NCBI RefSeq assembly: GCF_018977255.1
Contig: NW_024704743.1
Location: forward strand, 82,648,001-82,712,000
Reading direction: 5' to 3'
DNA length: 64,000 nt
DNA from: Callorhinchus milii
Lineage: Eukaryota
The translations under genes and the position numbers were made by a program. Below the pieces are notes generated by a model, which was not told the origin of the DNA, ran no database searches, and saw only the letters and a list, made by a program, of their open reading frames with translations. This document shows positions 36,401 through 51,400 of the stretch, piece by piece (the first letter of the stretch is position 1; each line of letters begins with the position of its first letter).

Positions 36401-39400
36401 AACTCTTCCCTCCACAAACTGCAGATTATTCAGAATTCTGCAGCTCGGGTCCTCTCCCACACCAGGCCCCGGGAACCTATCACTCCTGTTCTTGCCCGGC
36501 TTCACTGGCTCCCCATTCCTCAGAGAATCGAGTACAAAACCCTGGTTCTTACCTTCAAGGCCCTGCACGGTCTTGCTCCCCCTATCTCTCCGACCTCATA
36601 ACCCCATATCAGCCTGTCCACTCCCGAGTTCCTAATTGCTATCTAAATGCAATTTGTTGTTGTATCTCCCAGCTTATCTGATTATTCAAGTGGATGTTAT
36701 ATATAAATATATATGTAAATATTCTATGAAAGGTGGATATTTTTCCAGGTCATTTGGGACATTTGAGCGGACACCGGCCTTCCTCAGGTTCCCCGCACTT
36801 CCTCTGCCCCCACACTCTGGAACTCCATCCCGCAATCCCTCTGCCTCACTGCCTCTCTTGCCTCCTTCAAGTCCCGTCTGAAGACCTTCCTCTATCCTCT
36901 TTTCATGGAATATTTAATGTCCACCTGAATAATCAGACAAGCTGGGAGATACAACAACAAATTGCATATAGATAGTGCCTTTCACGTTGGGAGGAAATCT
37001 CAAGGCACTGGATAGTGAAAGGTTTGCACCAGAGCCAATGGTTGGAAACAACAGGGGTGGAGGGCAAAAGGGTGGGGGTGAGACAATGACCGAAAGCACG
37101 ATCAAAGAGGAAGAATGACCTTGGAGGAAGATTTGTAAGTTTGCTATGAATTGAGATGTTCTGTACTGGATCAATTAGGAACTCGATTAAGACATGAGAA
37201 TAGCATCCTTACATATAAACATTAGGTGTTTAGTTAGGATTCAGTTTAGGTAGGATTCACACATACTGAGCTCACCAGAGATGAAAGAATGTAAGCAGCA
37301 TGACTGAATGCATACTGTCTTGGATACTTCATAGATTTATTGCTCCATATATTAATTAATTTTCAACAATATCCCCGAGATCCTATAATATAGTCATAAA
37401 AACAAGCCAGTCATTTTGTTAGTCTAGTTTGATAAATTCTTGAATTTTAGCTGACAAACAAAATGAAATCAAACCATGCTTTATCTGCTGTAAAACACAC
37501 CTTTCATAGTAGGATATTTACGAAAGTGAGCTTTTTAAAATTGAAAGAAAGAACATGCATTTTTATACTGACATCATTTTGGAACTGTTTGGCTGAATGA
37601 CCAATTAATTTGGGAGACTGGTGGCCATGACATCTGGAGAAATGCCCTTTTTTTCATGGAAAATTTTATGTCCACCTGAATAATCTGACAACCTGGGTGA
37701 TATAAGATTTGAGAAGTTTGCTATGAATCGAGATACTTTTGTAAGGTTTGTAAGAGAATTCAGTTTCTTAAAAATATTGAGGGTTTTGTGTTGAGTAATG
37801 ACAACCTCTAACAGAGTATCTTTTAATACAGTCTCTCCATGCTGCTTGAATTAAATAATCTTCTATCCAATCATGTGAACCACTGTGCTAAACCATGCAT
37901 TTTTTTGTCCATTCTATCGCAGGTTTGTATAATAAAGGTTTTGTTTACCTTGATGTGCCGATATCTGATGACAGCTGCATAGCAGGTGAGCAGGTATTCT
38001 TCTTTCAATTTTCTCTCCTCTACTCCTGGAGGCCTTGAAATTAGTTTATTTTCCGTTAGGTTCTGTGGGTATCAGTTACTCTCGTATTAGTACTTGGCAT
38101 ATTAGCACCATATGTACTAGAAAGTCTTTTCTGATGGTCTTTCCTTGCACCATATCTCCCATATTTAGTTCCACCATTGGAGGGATTTGTGATGAATCGA
38201 TTGCAAGGTGATTATTTTGAAACTCTTCTCTACAAGATTTTTGTCTCTATTGATGAACATACGAATGTTGCAGAGGTAGGGAGAAGAGTCCGATTTTCTA
38301 GTATTTTCTTAAAAAAAACTTCATTCCCATCCCCACATTTCCTGACATTCCTTTGCCCTTCTCCCCCCTTCCCCCATCATGCAAACACCTCCGCGCATGT
38401 CTCCTCCGCATCGCCCTCCAAGACAACAGTTCCCTGGCCAACAAAGTCTTCCCCATATCTATAATCTCATTGTGGATGAAACACCAACATCAATACCACT
38501 TCATGATGTATTAAGCTTTGAACAGTTGAATTCTATGTGTTACTGTGATTGCAACTTTTTTTAATATTTTATATTCTAGTTGGCAAACGTGCTTGAAATA
38601 GATCTATCACTTGTAAAGGTATGTGAAATCTAAGATTTGAGAACAGATACGTTGGGGATATCTAACATCTCTATAAAGTTGTCAATTTGATTGAGGGCTA
38701 ACCTGATGGAAGTTTTTAAAAATTATAAGGGGTTTTGATAGTCAATAAGGAGTAATTGCTTCCATTGGTTGGTGAGTTATTGATGAGAGAACATCAATTT
38801 AAGATAATTAGCAAATGGGGTGGAGGGGGGTGGTTATGAGAATTTTTTTCACAGATACAGAAGCTAGGATATGGTACCTTTTTTGGTTATGTGATTGTAA
38901 ATCTAGATGGGGGTTATTACCTTTGATTTAATGCAATAAAATGCTTTACTATCTTTTCATTTTTGGTAAAAATATCAAAAACTATTATAGGCAACTGTGG
39001 CGTATTGGTTTCCAAATAAAGACAGTACATCTAAATTACACTTTAATGCAGTATTCTGCATGCCTTTATTGCAAATAAAGTTGGATTCTATTATAACCCT
39101 AGCATGTTTATTGCAATTTTTAAAAAAATCTGACCTTGTATGTGAAACTGCATAGCAATACCGTTTAATTATAGTGGCAGAATTATTGGAAAGATTATTT
39201 GTTGGAGAAAGAAATTTCTCTTATAATTTACGTATTCCTAAAAGTGTTGTTACCAGACAAAAGCTGAACATGTTCATTTTCTCTTCAGAATGCAGTGTCA
39301 GTGTACTGTCGTCTGGGTTTTGCACACAAGAAGGGACAAGTGATCAATGCAGAGCAGCTTCACCCAACGTGGAAGGATGTCGCATCAGTCAATAGATTAA

Positions 39401-42400
39401 AGTAAGGTTAAAACCTAATGAAAATACATTAAACTATATATAGATTTTGAAGATTGTTTTCCTATGAAGATGGTAAATAAGAGAAAGTGCACATTTTACA
39501 AGTGGAAATCTAGTTTGGTTTGTACATGAACTGACACAGATGTGTTTGGGGCTTACTTAAGTAACACATGGATTCCTGTTTATCAACTTAGTTCATTAAG
39601 GTGATTTATATAAAAAATTGAGGATAAAATTATATTACTAGTTTTGCTTGTACAAAAGAAAAATCAAATGTGCTAAATAAATTTGTTTTGCTGGAGAAAT
39701 AAAACAAAATTGAGAAATTAAACTTGTGGCTCTCAGCAGATTAGATTATATTGTGTATTTTGTGCGAGCTTGTCCATGTCCTGCTTAAAATGATCCCTAA
39801 AATGGCATTTTTAAAAATGCACTTTGACCTAGGAAAAGAGGCTCTGTGTAAGGCTCAAACATATGAGATAAATAAGATTCACCTTAAATTACTTGCTTTA
39901 TTGCGAGAGCAGTAACTTTGATAATTGCTTCCATTGCATGTTGCTCATAAAATCATCACTTCAAGCATAGAAACATGTTCTAATTATTGCCACTTTCATT
40001 TTGTGTTGAGATATAATGGTCTGCTTGTAAGCCAGGGAATTTCTGCAGTTTTTTTGTTTTTAAATTGAATAAATGGTCTTTGTACAAAGCAAAATTAACC
40101 TTAAATTTCTGCTCAATGTATTGCCCCTAATGGTAATTTGATGAGTGTTTGCTACTTCATGCAGGTGCTCCATGGACCCCGAGAAGATGCTGTTGTCATG
40201 GGAAGGGATGGAAAACAGAAGTCCTGTGCAGGATGTTGCATCTTCAGCAACAGACACTGATACTGCCAGTCAGGAGGATGTGGGTGAGCATGTAGTTGGG
40301 CTTTGTTTATTTGAAAATCTTAAATGCTTTTGATCGTGTAAATGTCTTGCAGAGAATTTATTTGAATTGTGATTGGCATTTCTTTTTAAAAAAAAGTCAG
40401 TTGAGGCTAAAGAAGCTCTGCATTCCACTTGCACCAAAGTGCACACTTAGCTGTTCCTTTTCGCAGCAAAATTTTATTTTTAAAAATAAATCTTTTGGGT
40501 ATTTCAAACTTTGAAATGATTTACTTTGGTGTGAAGAAAAGTTCACAATCTAATTAAATTTTTCAGACCATTGTGTATAATTTACTCGGCACTTGTGCGT
40601 TTACAGGATAATTATAGTAATATTTTCATTTGGTATAGTGTCTTTCATGTCAGTGGGACGTCCCAAACCGCTTCACAGCATTGACTGTGGAGTGACTGTA
40701 TATTTTGTGGGCGAATCATGACAGCCAGTTGTGTACAGCAATGTCCCATAAACAGCCATGAACTGAGTGGCCAATTTTATTTGACTAAATTTTATGATTT
40801 ATTTGTAGCTGACTCTGTGAGCGTGAGCAGTCTCAGCACGCCCAGTGGACACACAAAGCGAATTGCATTCCTGTTTGATTCAACCCTCACGGCTTTCTTA
40901 ATGATGGGAAACCTTTCACCGGTAAAGTATGCTCAGACCTTCCTTTCCCAATGTAAATTTTACTGAGCAGTCCTCTTGTGTAATAGTTATTTGCACTGAA
41001 ATATCAGAGTTGCCTTGTCTTGTGCAAAAAGACCAAAATTTACACTATTTCTATGGGAGTAGTGCTTAAATGTTGTATGAAATATCAACATGAAGGATTA
41101 TGGCAGAGCTACATAGTAGGACAAGCTGTTTGTCACCAAACTAGTAAGCCATGACAATGTACAATTTATACTAATTTTGTAGTCGAACTTTTGTAAACAT
41201 TGCTACAAGGATGTGAATAGTTTGTTACCTATGTGTGAGTAATAATCTGCTTTCATTGTTTGTGTAGAATCTGAAGAGCCATGCAGTCACCATGTTTGAA
41301 GTAGGGAAGTTATCAGATGAGTCCCTGGACAGTTTTCTGGTGGAACTTGAAAAAGTAGGTCATTTTGGAGAATATAGAGTAACTTGTTTTTAAAAGCATT
41401 TGATGCATCACTGCACAATGAGATGTTCCTCTCGCGATTACAATGCATTATTTTTAGTTTAGTGGTTCACTTAAAAAAAATATTTGCCAAGAATGGTGTC
41501 AGTCAGAAAAAGGTTCAGGTTCTGTAAGTCCTATGAACTGAATAGCAGAGCCTCGGAACGTCCTCCTGACATGCAAAGCGCTATATAAATGTAATTTTGT
41601 GGTTGTTGAATAGGATTATAAAAGTTTTCTTTTACTGAGGCACCTAAACTTAAGAAGAAATGTGCTATTAAGGTCTAGTTTACAGTATTCACAAAAAGAT
41701 TGGTAATCAGTGAATGTTGCATATATCCCAATTTGGCTCAATCCTCCACTCTGAAACTGTTTAGATACCTTCTACTCGCATGAGTCCAGATTGTGATTGA
41801 AGGATGATCGTAATGCTCGGCAGGATATCAGCTTCTGAGCAGTGTTCCAGAGGGTCAGCCTGAGCTGTATTTGAGTACCTGTGGATGTTTAAGTAAATCC
41901 TATTGTAATATTACAAATTAAACTCCAATGTAATATGATGTGCATCCATCCACGGTTGCACACACCTCTTCACCAGGCCAGTCAGGAACCTAGGCATCTT
42001 GTTCAACCCTCAACTGTCCTTTCTCCCCCACATCCGTGCCATAACTCGCTTTGCCTTCCCCCACCTCCGCTTGTCGGTCTTCCCGACTCTTCCCTCCACA
42101 AGCTGCAACTCATCCAGAACTGTGCTTTCCCGCACCAGGCTCCGTGACCCCATCACCCCCACCCTCTCCTGGCTCCACTGAGAATTGAGTTAAAAATTCT
42201 TGTCCTCACCCTCAAGGCCCTCGATGGCCTTGCCCCCTCCTATCTCTCCGACCTGTTAATCTCTTATTAACCTGTCTGCTCCCTCTGCTCATGCTCAGCA
42301 AGCTCAGGCCTGCTCCATGTCCCCCTGCCCGGCCCGCCCCACCATCGGCGGTCGGGCCTTCAGCCTCTGCCCCCACTCACTGGAACTCAATCCCACATTC

Positions 42401-45400
42401 CCTTTGTCTCGCTCCCTCCCTTGCCTTCCTCAAGGCACACCTCGACCACCCTCCTGCCTCCCCCGCTCTCCACCCTTCCTGCTCCCACCACCCCCCCACT
42501 TGGTTCCTGATCCCTTACTGTTCAGCACCTTGGGACGTCCTCCCGATGTGAAAGGCGCTTTACAAATGTAATTTTGTATTGTGTGTTGTACTGATTTAAT
42601 GATCCTAACTTTCATGATGCGATCACAAGGTGCTTGCTAACCTTTTTTCAAAAAAGTTGTAATTTCACTCCATCTGTTACATATTATGTTACTATATGCA
42701 GTTTATGAATATGAGTAATCGGGCTGCTTTGCATTTAAGGTACAGAACACTGGTGAGGGAGAAGCCCAGAGGTATTTTGACCATGCGCTTACTTTGAGAA
42801 ACACAATACTTTTCCTACGACACAATAAGGAACTAGTTGCAGATGCTGAGCAGCCAAACAACGGTAGGTTTTATACTGAATTTTAAATTAAATGGTTCAA
42901 AAGCTTAAATGTTTTAGCCTAGCACACTAGTTGCGGTTAAAACAAATCATTGAAGACTAACCTTGTGTTCCAGGTCATTGATATTGATGTACTTGTTGGT
43001 AGATGTATTTATTTGTGTCTATCGCCTTTTTTAATTAGCAGTGGATAATCATTGCAATACTAAGAATGGGTCCCAGGAAGACAGTTCCGTGTGTAATTAA
43101 TGCTTGCTTTAGTAAAAAATAAAAACCATAAACTTCTTCTAATGTAAATATTACAAATTAAGGCTAGACAATGTAGATCATGACAAGTTGTTTCAACTAG
43201 TCCAGAATAGTAAAACCAGAGGACACAGCCTTTCGATTGAAAGGATAAATTCAGAATGAATCTAAGGAAACACTATTTCAGTGAGCGAATAGTAAACCTC
43301 TGAACAGGCTTCGGTGGAAGGTAAAATTATGCCTTCAGGATAGAAAAGAAGTAAGAAGAGTAAGAAGAAGTAAAAAGCAAACTGTCCACTAGAAATGGAA
43401 CCAAATGCATTTGATTTTGGAGTGTGTGCTGCTGAAAATCTTTTACCTTTAGTTAGTAATAGAAAATGACCTCCTCGACATGGTTTATTAAGATAGGGTA
43501 TTTCTGAAGCTGTATTTTGATTTCTAACAAACTTATTTTGCTTTAGGTTTTCCACTAGATCTGTTGCGCTGTGAGAGCTTGCTGGGGTTGGATCCGGCTA
43601 CTTGCAGCAGAGTGCTGAACAAGAATTACACTCTCTTGGTCTCGATGGCACCTCTTAGCAATGAAATTCGACCAATAAGCAGCTGTACACCACAGGTAAT
43701 GGAAGCACTTGCAAAGGACAAGGCTTCAGCTATATGTGTCACTGATAAGTATTTGCAGTTTCTGCTTGGCCCTTTCATGCTCATATACAGGACACACTTC
43801 TTATAACACGGTACACTGGGTCCATAAGTTCAACCCCCACATTAAAACAAATCATAAAAACATGGTTCTAAGGTTACTGCTGACCTCACTTGCTATGTAT
43901 GTTCTGCACGCAAGAAACAACACAAATGCCCCTTTTAGATCATATGCTCTATGTACATGAAGCACTGTTGATGTCACTTTGCGTGTGCAACATCAGAAAT
44001 TGACATCAATGACAGCCATTTGTTTAATGTAGGAAGCTGGCTCATCAGTGCCAGAAGCCAGGTGTACCATAGATCCACAATAGACCTGTGCACTAAGCAA
44101 ACATACAAACAACTAGAGCACTTTCCAATAAGTTCATGTACAAAATACACACTTTACAGTAAATCCTGTGAAGTATTTTGAAAAGTTCTCCTGTTTCCCT
44201 GACATAAAGGATGTTGTATCAAATGCAGGGATTTATTAGGATTATGTTGCCCTGTGCTTCAAATATTTGAATACATTTAATATATTTAGGTTTAATGCAA
44301 GCTTGCCTTGTCTTTTAAATAAGTGTCCACAGTAGTTAATATTCAGTCAGTCCCGTTCTCCCCCACCCTCCCGGCTTCTTTTGTTCTATTTTGCTAGTTC
44401 TTAATTTTATCTTTTAACAGGAATTTTCTGTTGCTAATCAGAATTGTAGATTTTATCTCACTTTGTATTGGTGCATCTAAATTAATTGGGCTTGAAATTA
44501 AATGACCAAGATTTGGTCCTGGATATTTTATACAGACAGGTTTAACCTTGGTATGATGAGCAACAGAAGTAATCTGGTTTATTTGGTCTTTTCAGTAAAA
44601 TCCTAATGAATCCTTCTCCTGACTTAACATTTTGTTTACTTTGGGAAACAATTAGCATATAGGACCAGCAATTCCGGAAGTCAGTTCAATTTGGTTCAAA
44701 CTTTACATGTACCACATCACCCGACGAGGACCTCCTTCACTATTACTTTCAAAGGGATCAAGACTTAGAAAACTTCCTGTTGTTTTTCAGGTATTACCTA
44801 AAAATATTACTTGCTGTATATTCTTGTTCTTATTATCCATGCTGTATACTCATTATTGTTATTTATAAAATTGTCCTTCTCCTTACCATCTTATTTTAAG
44901 AACTTTGATCGATTGCTTATAACCTCTTGGGGACATGATCCTGGTGTTGTTCCTACCTCAAATGTGCTCAGCATGTTGAACGATGCACTGACACACTCAG
45001 CTGTATTAATACAGGTAACTAACTCACAATTGCCTTTAACTTCCACTAGTGTAAATTTCTCCTAAAGCCTATGACCTCAGATACTCATGTAAAATACTGG
45101 AACATGTTTTGCGTTTGAATGATAAATATATTTCCGGCCAATCAATCATACGTTCAGAGTTGTCCCTTTCCTCCTTCAAGGCCGGTCTCAAGACCTTTCT
45201 GTTCAACCGTGCCTTCAGCTCCCCTCTCGACTCTCTACCCCCTCCTCGCTCCCTCCTTTCCCTCCCCTCACCCTGACCATTTCCCCACTGCTCGGGTCCC
45301 GACCCAACTGTCCAGTGCCTTGGGAAGTCCTCCCGACGTGAAAGGCGCTCTATAAATGCAATCTTGTTCTTGTTAGAACAACATAAATGACAATTTCAGG

Positions 45401-48400
45401 AAGGAGTAGACAGACCATTGGCCCACCTAGCCTACCCATCCAATTTCTCACAAGATTCTGATGTAACTGCTGGTAGATATTTACTCACAATGATTTGTTA
45501 CTGTTGGGGATGAAGGCTTTCCAAAGTTTGCCTGGATTCCTGAAAGTGTACAATTAGCTATTTGTACCAGATTGTTTCCAAGGCCAGATTGACCCATTAA
45601 TAACTAAGAGAAAGATGAGATACCTCTCTATTATTGAGGAGAAATTGTAGTTCATTAAGAAATGATGTTTCTTGATTTGTACCTTTTTGTAACTTTGAAT
45701 TCTTTATAATTTTTATATGAACAATTACAAATATTACAGTAATTTGGATTCAATAATACTTGAAGTATGGTTTGTATGTAACTTTATTAAAATACAACTG
45801 CTTCTGCAGGTCTAATTATCTGTCATTTTGTGTTAAGTGCAGTGTTCATTAATTAGCACTTCATTGCTGATGTTTGTAGGGTTATGGCATCCATGGTCAT
45901 GGTGAAACAGTTCATGTTCCATTTCCCTTTGATGAGCAACAGATGAAAGGAGGTCGGAAATTCATTTTTTTTTCGCCTTTGTCTTTATTATAGCAACATT
46001 AGAATAGATCTCTTTTAACATCTCTGATCAAGTCCTCTTGTTAAGATTCATTGTAGATGCACAACCCTGTTTAAAATGCACTGAAATCTACATGTGCATT
46101 CCCACTTTGCCATTATCAAGGTCCTTTAGTGGTCACATTCAATTTAGTGTTGTGTAGCTACAGTATTTTATGCACATTTAGCTAGATGTATGCATAATAT
46201 TGCTTCACTGTCATTTATCTTGTTTGTATCATTTTTGCAATGTAAATTACGCGGGGGGGCGGAGGGGAAATAATTTAACTTTAAAAAATTTGTGCTTGCT
46301 TTTATGTGTATATATATTCTGCACTTGTAAATTGACTGACCTTGGTCCTCTGCGATTGAAATGGGATTTGTCGTAGTGACCTATACCACATTTACTGACA
46401 GGTTGAGAATAACCACACTGATAATTGTTAAAGGTTTTTTGGCATAGTACCATGTACCATTATCTACATTTCTATAAATAGAATTATTCATGTTGCCATT
46501 GTTATGTATCATCTCAAAAGGAAAGTTAGTGTTTTTGAAAAATGAAAGCGATAGCTGAATGTCTGTTTTATTGTCTTGGGTTTGCTCTAGAATTTTCACG
46601 CAGCAACATGTGTGCTCACCAGTCTTTGAAAGTGTTGAGTGAGAAAGTGGATTTGGACCATTTTTGTGGATACGTGACAATGCTCAATCATCGTGTTCAA
46701 CATACTAATGACAGGTGTTTGAACGCTGAGTCAGATGAGAAAGGTATGCCAAGGCTAGCACAATACATTAAAAAGTGCACTGGATCATAAACTTATTTTA
46801 GTAATCTGTTTCTCTTTTTTTTCCCAATCATTGACTACTTCAAAATGGTTTGATCTATTTAAAGTTTTATAATGTTGCAATAAACAACATGAACTTATGA
46901 AAAGCCATTGGGTTCCAATAATCAACAAAATTACATTTGTTTAGTGCTTTTCATATCGGAAGGTTATTTCAAGGCACTGGACAGTTAAGGGTTTGCATCC
47001 GAGCTGGAGGTGCAAACCTTTTATCAACTGAACATTGCTGACTGCAACCATTGTGAACGTCACGTATCCAACTAATTCAGAACTCCACTCCCGATATACT
47101 TACTCACTCTAAACTTTATCCCCCACACCATCAAGCCAGACCTAGACAGGGTCCACTAGCTCCCTATCGCATAACGGATTGGACCTGTTTACTCCTCACT
47201 GCATCACCTACCGACTCCACTCGGCTATCTCAGGCCTTGTACTTGTCCCTTATCCCTTCCGCTCTACCATCAATGACCATGTTTTCAGCCACTATGCCCC
47301 AAACTTTGGAACCTTCTCCCTCAAACTCTCCACCTGTCCCTCCTTTCCCCTTTTCAAAGCCTTAAAGATCTTCTTTGACTGTGCTAACGTTCACCTCTCT
47401 CCTGCTTCGTGTCAGGCTCCTGCGACAACAGAGAGTTCTAAAGATATGGGATGTAGTGGCTGAAGGCATGGCCACTGATGGTGGAATGGAGGGCACGAAA
47501 GGCACACACGAGGGCGGAGGCAGTGGGTGGTGGAGGGGGGGGGTAAGCAGATCGGATAGGTAGGGACATGCGAGGGCATGAAGGGATTTGAAAATAAGTG
47601 AGAGGATCTTGAAATCCATCTGTTCAGTAATTGGGAGCCAGTGGAGCCTGGTAAGGACTGGTGTGATGGGGATAAGGGTTTTTTTGCGGGTAAGTATCCG
47701 GGTAGTGGAGTTTTGAATTAATTAGATTTTGTGTATGGTGAAGCTGGGGAGACCAACAAGGAGGGCATTGGAATAGTCCAGCTGGGGATCGAACCTGACA
47801 CCATAGTTGCGCATGGGTTTGGTGAGTCTGAGGGAGAGACCACGCTCAACATAAGTGCTCCGAGATGCTACCCTGTGTGAAGGACGCTAAAAAAATGCAA
47901 GTTGTTGTTGTCAGTGGCATGCACTGGCTGCTGCCTTCAGTCACAACACTCACTGCTAGAAAAAAAATCAAAATGGCATCAAATCATTCTATGAGCTTTG
48001 TGTCATAATCTGTTATATTAAAAAAAAGTCATGGTTCTGATTGGGAAACTTTCTTGAGGTTTTTTGTGTAAACTGAGTGAGCTTCTTGTGATTTTACACA
48101 ATTTGAGCCCTATCACCAAGGGATTGCTCTATTTACTTAAAATATTAAACTCGCCAACCAGTGGAATCGACCCTTTTATTAATGTTAAAATAACCATCTA
48201 AGATGTGTAATATGGGATAATGGACTGAAGTTGAGTAAAAATTGTGGTGTAGCCATGAGATCCTCAATTTTTCTGTATAACATGAATATGCATTGTAATC
48301 ACCAGAAGATGCAATAGATGTGAGTATAGAACAATTGTCCATCTGATTTCTTATGTAGCACTGTTCTTGGGATTAAACCTAAAGGATACAACCTTCCACT

Positions 48401-51400
48401 CAATGTTATTCTCACCTTTCTTGGCTGGTCGGATACTGCTCCAATTGATTGTTGACAGGATTTTAAATTGTTCAAGTTTGCTTAAATTGAGTTTAAGATA
48501 TTACAGACCTATTCTCCCAAGTGCACTGTATCTGCTTTGCTCAACTACATAATCATTGAGATTCTTATTCCACTGCAAGCTGTTTAAGTCTCAAATATAT
48601 TATAATATGGATTTGCAGGCGAATCAGATTCCCCATCTGGATCTGATGCTCAGGGCAGTACAGAATCATTCGAGTTGGTGGCAGATGAACCTGTGGCAGA
48701 TACAGTTTCCAATAGAATTACTGAAGGTAAATGCAATTGTTATTTAATATTTTCAAATTGTTATTGTACATGATACAGATGCTATAATGACAACATTTGG
48801 TACTTAACTATTGCAGACCAGGAAAGTCCCATATTTGATCGCTGGTCTGTGTTGAATGACCTGGTCTTAAGATGTGTGGAAACATTGCAATTTACTTTTG
48901 TGTTTGTGGGTTTATGGATACAAAAATCAGCCATGTTGGTTAATATCCTGTGATTCCTTCTCTCTTTCCCCCTCCACACTCATTTTACTGTAAAATGCAA
49001 ATGTATGCAATTCCTCCTGGGAAAAAATAACTTGCCTTATTCATTGCTAATAATCATACACTAGAGTGGCCATTTGGACGAGCTGCCTGTGGAACTATAA
49101 GGATTATTATATCCCAACAATCGTCACTGTCTTGAGAGCAGCAGAGAATATTTGGGAAAAATATACTCAGTATGTTGAATTTAGTGCCATCTTCATTTTA
49201 TTTATGAATGTATTCATCCTAGTGCTACCAAGTGCATGTGTGAACATTGACAGTGAAAGCAGATGATGGATTTCAAGATCCTCACTCTTAATTTTCAAAT
49301 GCCTCCTCTCTCTAATCCCTCTCCCTCCCTCCTCCCCTTCGCCCCCACCCCCCCCCCCCCCCCCGCCGCCCCCATCGCTGTGATCTCATGCAGCAATCCT
49401 ACTCTTCCACCCACTCTCTGCTCTAGGTCTAGCGTCCTGCACGTCCTGGTGTTTGGTGGGTGTTTCATTGGCCACTTTGTCTTGTCAGTCTGGAACGACC
49501 AGACAAATTACTATTCCTTACACCAGTCCTTCTGCATTAAAATCTTTTTAAAAACCTAACTCTTTGACTGACTTTGGTCATATCCTTTCTATCCCACCTG
49601 TTTCCTACTTTGTTTGGTCTCCAATGCTGCCTCTGTAAAGCTTTTCAGACATTGTCCTGTGTGAAGGACCCTATATAAATGTAAAATGTGTTGTTCTACA
49701 GTCTCAACAAGAGAACATGAATGGATGCCCCTGGAGCTGTGCTTCGGGATCCCCCTGTTTGTTTCAGAACTCAACCAGACTGTTTGTCAGAAAATTGCCA
49801 CACATGGATTGTGTGGCAAGGAGAGGTACATATTGTGGCAAACATGCAGATTTTTTTCTTTTTTGGATTCAGAAGTTTATTTGCTTTATAAATCTGTGTA
49901 CATATTGAACACAAACGGTTAGGATTTAAAACTGCAAAATGCTGAGAATTTATTGCTTTAAAAAAACTGCTGCCTAGATGAGTTACTTTGAGTGTCTCAG
50001 GTATGTTTATTGCTGTCCCTTTGGAAGCTGTCAATTTGCAAATAATAGCCGCCAAGTATTTTGTGGTGCCATTTTTTTTCAACCACCTTTTATTTGCCCA
50101 ATGTATAAACTTGAATATAGAGACAATTAAATTATCTTAATGATGCAATTGAGAAATAATGAAAGGGTTTTACAATACCCAATCTTTTCATTGAGTTTAA
50201 GATATTACAGACCTATTTTCCCAAGAGTAGTTGCATATGACGTATAATAGATGGTTATGAACAACTCTCACTCACTGTTTGAAAATAATCTATACTATTA
50301 ACCCTGGTGATGAGTAAAAATTGTATCTCTCTCTTAGAAGTCCTCAATTTTCATTCCCTAATTTGAGTGACAGTGCAAACTAATCCCACAGTGCAACCAG
50401 CTGGTGTCCTTTAGTTGTCTCATGCTTGCATTCAACAGCTCAAGTATGGATTCCTGTAACTTTCTTCCTTTCCAGACACTGCAATATTGCCCTGAAAGTG
50501 TAGGGAGAGAATTTGCAAAGTTAATATGATTAGTGAAGCAGGTCATTCTCTTTTTTAATAAAAAAAAGGTTNAAACTGCTCAGGTGAATACAGCGATGAT
50601 TTTGTGCCACTGCAAATGTAATACTTGAAGCTCAGAAGTGTTATTCTGCTGGGAGTAGTACTTAATTAATTTAAGATAAAACCCATCAGTTTTGTTAAAT
50701 GTCTCAATTTTTTTTGTTTCAAACCAGAATCAAGTATTTTTTACTTCTGTTGCCAATTTATGTCTTTAATGAGCATAGTTGAATAATTGTGAATTAATTT
50801 TTTTGTTGTGTATAATTGAGTTGCACACTATGTTCTCTGCAGCCTTCAGAAACTCTTGCATTCCAGTCGCAAACTGTCTCTTCAGGTCCTCAACTTCGTA
50901 CAGTCATTCCAGGTTTGTGGTGTTGGTGACTCCAATACTTTTGTGTTTCATTTAAATTTAAGAACTTTGGCAAAATTTTTCCATTTAAGGAATATAGCTA
51001 GCGAATGATACCATATTTATGCACTGAGTAAACCTTGTCAAATAACCCAAGTAACATGCTTTATGACACCTATCCATTCAATAATTGTATTTAATAGTTG
51101 GTAAGTGTTTTTAACCAATTGAACAGCCCTATGTTTGCTCTGTCAGAAAACCATTGTCCAATTTCAGATTCAATAGGAAAACAAATTGTTCCATTAAAAA
51201 TTTTTCAGTTTGAGCAAAGTTCCATTTTAATTTGCATGACTTACAAGAAGGCATGGTGGTATGAAAGGAAATGGTCTCTACCCAGCTCCACCATTCACAA
51301 AGCCAACTGATTCAGAACTCTACTACTTTATCCTCACACATACCAAACTCCTCACTCCCATCACCCCAGTCCTTGCCAGATTCCTGTCATAGAACGGATC

